Shown in pieces: positions 61,990 through 64,000 of a stretch of DNA of 64,000 bases. The stretch comes from Chiloscyllium plagiosum (taxonomy: Eukaryota): contig NC_057718.1 in assembly GCF_004010195.1 (NCBI RefSeq), positions 61,032,233 to 61,096,232 of the forward strand, read 5' to 3'. Numbering within the stretch: the stretch's first letter is position 1; every line of letters begins with the position of its first letter. The position numbers and the translations under genes are program-made. The notes below the pieces were generated by a model. The model did not search any database. It was not told the DNA's origin and saw only the letters and a list, made by a program, of their open reading frames with translations.

Positions 61990-63845
61990 ATGTTATTGAT
62001 CTTGTAATGATTCCTGTGGATTAGAAGGTAACAAATATCATCACTCCCCATATATAAGAAACAAACCAGAGACAGAACAGGGAACAACAGGCCTGGCAGT
62101 CTTATGTCAATACCTAGAACTATAATAAAGGGAATGATAGATAGAAACTTGAATACTAATGATTTGATTGAACATAGCAAAAATTTGAGAGTATATTTGA
62201 TAAAACTGGAGATTTTGAAGACATTGCTAACAAAATTGACAAAAGAGAGCAGATGGGAATAGTACAGCTAGAGATTCATAAGGGTTTTGATAAAGTCCTT
62301 CACAAGAGGCTTATTAGAAAAATGTAAACATATAGCTCAGGAGGTAAGTTACTTGCATGACTAACAAATGGAAAGCGGAGAGTGAGAATAAATGGGTATT
62401 TCTTGCATTGGGAGGCAGTGGCTGGTGGGATACTGCAAGGATCAGTACTTGGGTCCAGCTGTTCACAATATAAACAATGATTTGGAGGTGGGGATCAAAG
62501 ATAATATTTCCAGATTTATACATTATACGAAGCTAAGTGGGAGTGGAGGTCATGAGGAAAATTCAGGAGGATTTGGACAGGCTGAATGATCAGGCAAGAA
62601 TAGGCAGATGGACTATAATGTGGAAAAATATGAGTTTAGCCATTTTGGTGGGTAGAACAAGGTGCAGTACATTTCTTAACCTGTAAGAGGTTGGAAAGTG
62701 TTGATATACAAAGGTACTTAGAGGTCCTTGCTAATATGTCAATGAAGGCAAGTGCAACAAGCTGTTAGGAAGGCCAATTGAAAGTTACCCTTTTTTGCAA
62801 TAGGATTTGAGCAGAGGAGTACTGAAGTCTTGCCCCAATTGCAAGATTTTCTTCACTGGAGCTTAGGAGGTTGAGGGGTAACCTTATTGAAGTTTACAAA
62901 ATCATGTGGGTTATAGATAAGGCAAATGACAAGAGTCTTTTCCCTAGAGTGGGCGAGTTCAAAAGGAGGTGGGGCAACTTTTATTTTTTCCTGAAGAAGG
63001 GCTCATGCCCGAAGCATCGATTCTCCTGCTCCTTGGATGCTGCCTGACCTGCTGCGCTTTTGCAGCAACACATTTTCAGCAACTTTTATTTTTACTCAGT
63101 GTGGTTCATGTGTGAATGAATTGCCAGAAAAAGTGGTGGATGCAGGGACAGTACAATGTTTAGAAGACATTTAGATAAGTCCGTGAGTAGGAAAAGTTTG
63201 AAGGGATATGGATCAAGTGAAGGCAGGTGAGAATACTTTAATTTGGGAACATGGTCAACAAGGACGGGTTGGATAGAAGAGTGTGTTTCCATGCTGTATG
63301 ACTCTATGACGCTATGCACAAACATTTGATTAGACAGCACCTGGAGTCCAGAGTGCACTTTTGGTCTCATTATCTCAGGAAAGATACAGTGAGAGTGCAA
63401 AAAAGTTCACCAGTTTCCAGGTTGTCAGACTGTCCTGTGAAGAGAGATTGGACAAATGGTGCCAGTATTTTCTAGATTGATGAAAATAATCTAATTGAAA
63501 TTTAGAAATACTTAAAAGGTTAGACAGGATAGATGCAGGTTAATTATTTCCCCCCTCCTCCCAGCTGGGTGTCAAGAACCAGGGGCATAATTTAATGACA
63601 TTGTGGAAGCCATATAGATCTAACATTACGAGAGCTTTCTTTACTCAGAGATTATAATCTTTACCACAGAGGGGTGGGTTACATTTGAGTACATTTAAGG
63701 TATGGGTGGCACATTTTTCACTATTAGTTTTGATATACAGAGTTGTGGGGATGGGCTGGGTAAAAGTTGTTCAAGTTTTCAATCCGCCATGATTAAATGA
63801 TGGGATAGCCTCAAATGGGCTGAATGATCTACTCCTGTTCCCTCA
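61990..63845 (+). mobile_element. Old CR1 relic with a younger CR1 3' end nested (about 62850-63312)
   Basis: GFDKVLHKRL motif and decayed RT; ctgtatgactctatgac tail; older 3' end continues to about 63845. Confidence 0.85.
62990..63078 (+). mobile_element. Short PLE-derived element, hammerhead with mutated GAAA (GAAG)
   Basis: CTGAAGA-A-GGGC tcat GCCC-GAAGCATC; 15-bp TSD gcaacttttattttt at 62974-62988 and 63079-63093. Confidence 0.85.
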
Positions 63846-64000
63846 TTCCTTGGATTGGGTTGGTTACCCTCCTAGAGGGAAAAATCAATAATACTTGGAA
63901 ATGAATGTATTAGTTGTCCTGGTTGGAGCCCCCGTCTTGTGGCCTCAGTTAAAGTTAGAAATAGATAGGTTGGAAGCAAATTTGAGTCAGAAATAGCTTT

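Overview
This is vertebrate genomic DNA, almost certainly from an elasmobranch (shark). That is inferred from HER1-type CR1 LINEs with (ACTCTATG)n tails and HE1-type SINEs. Most of the window is intronic or intergenic sequence packed with decayed transposable elements: CR1 LINEs of several ages, a second LINE family, L2, L1, Tx1, HE1/V-SINE and Deu-domain SINEs, LTR-like relics, PIF/Harbinger transposase and Myb/SANT relics, and many Penelope-like element (PLE) derivatives. No intact autonomous element is present and no host gene could be named; almost all ORFs in the supplied track are TE fragments or antisense noise. Three things stand out. (1) At least three distinct PLE-derived families carry minimal hammerhead-ribozyme cores with palindromic stem III, mostly with 12-15 bp TSDs, and one copy begins at the predicted self-cleavage site. 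(2) A clean minus-strand branchpoint-polypyrimidine-AG|GTAAGT site at about 25965 is a candidate recursive splice site. (3) Several minus-strand exon candidates suggest an unidentified spliced transcript, including a 182-nt Cys-rich exon, a terminal-exon candidate and 25-nt microexons. TE boundaries were judged by eye and are approximate unless a TSD is cited; family names come from recalled consensus motifs, not database searches.
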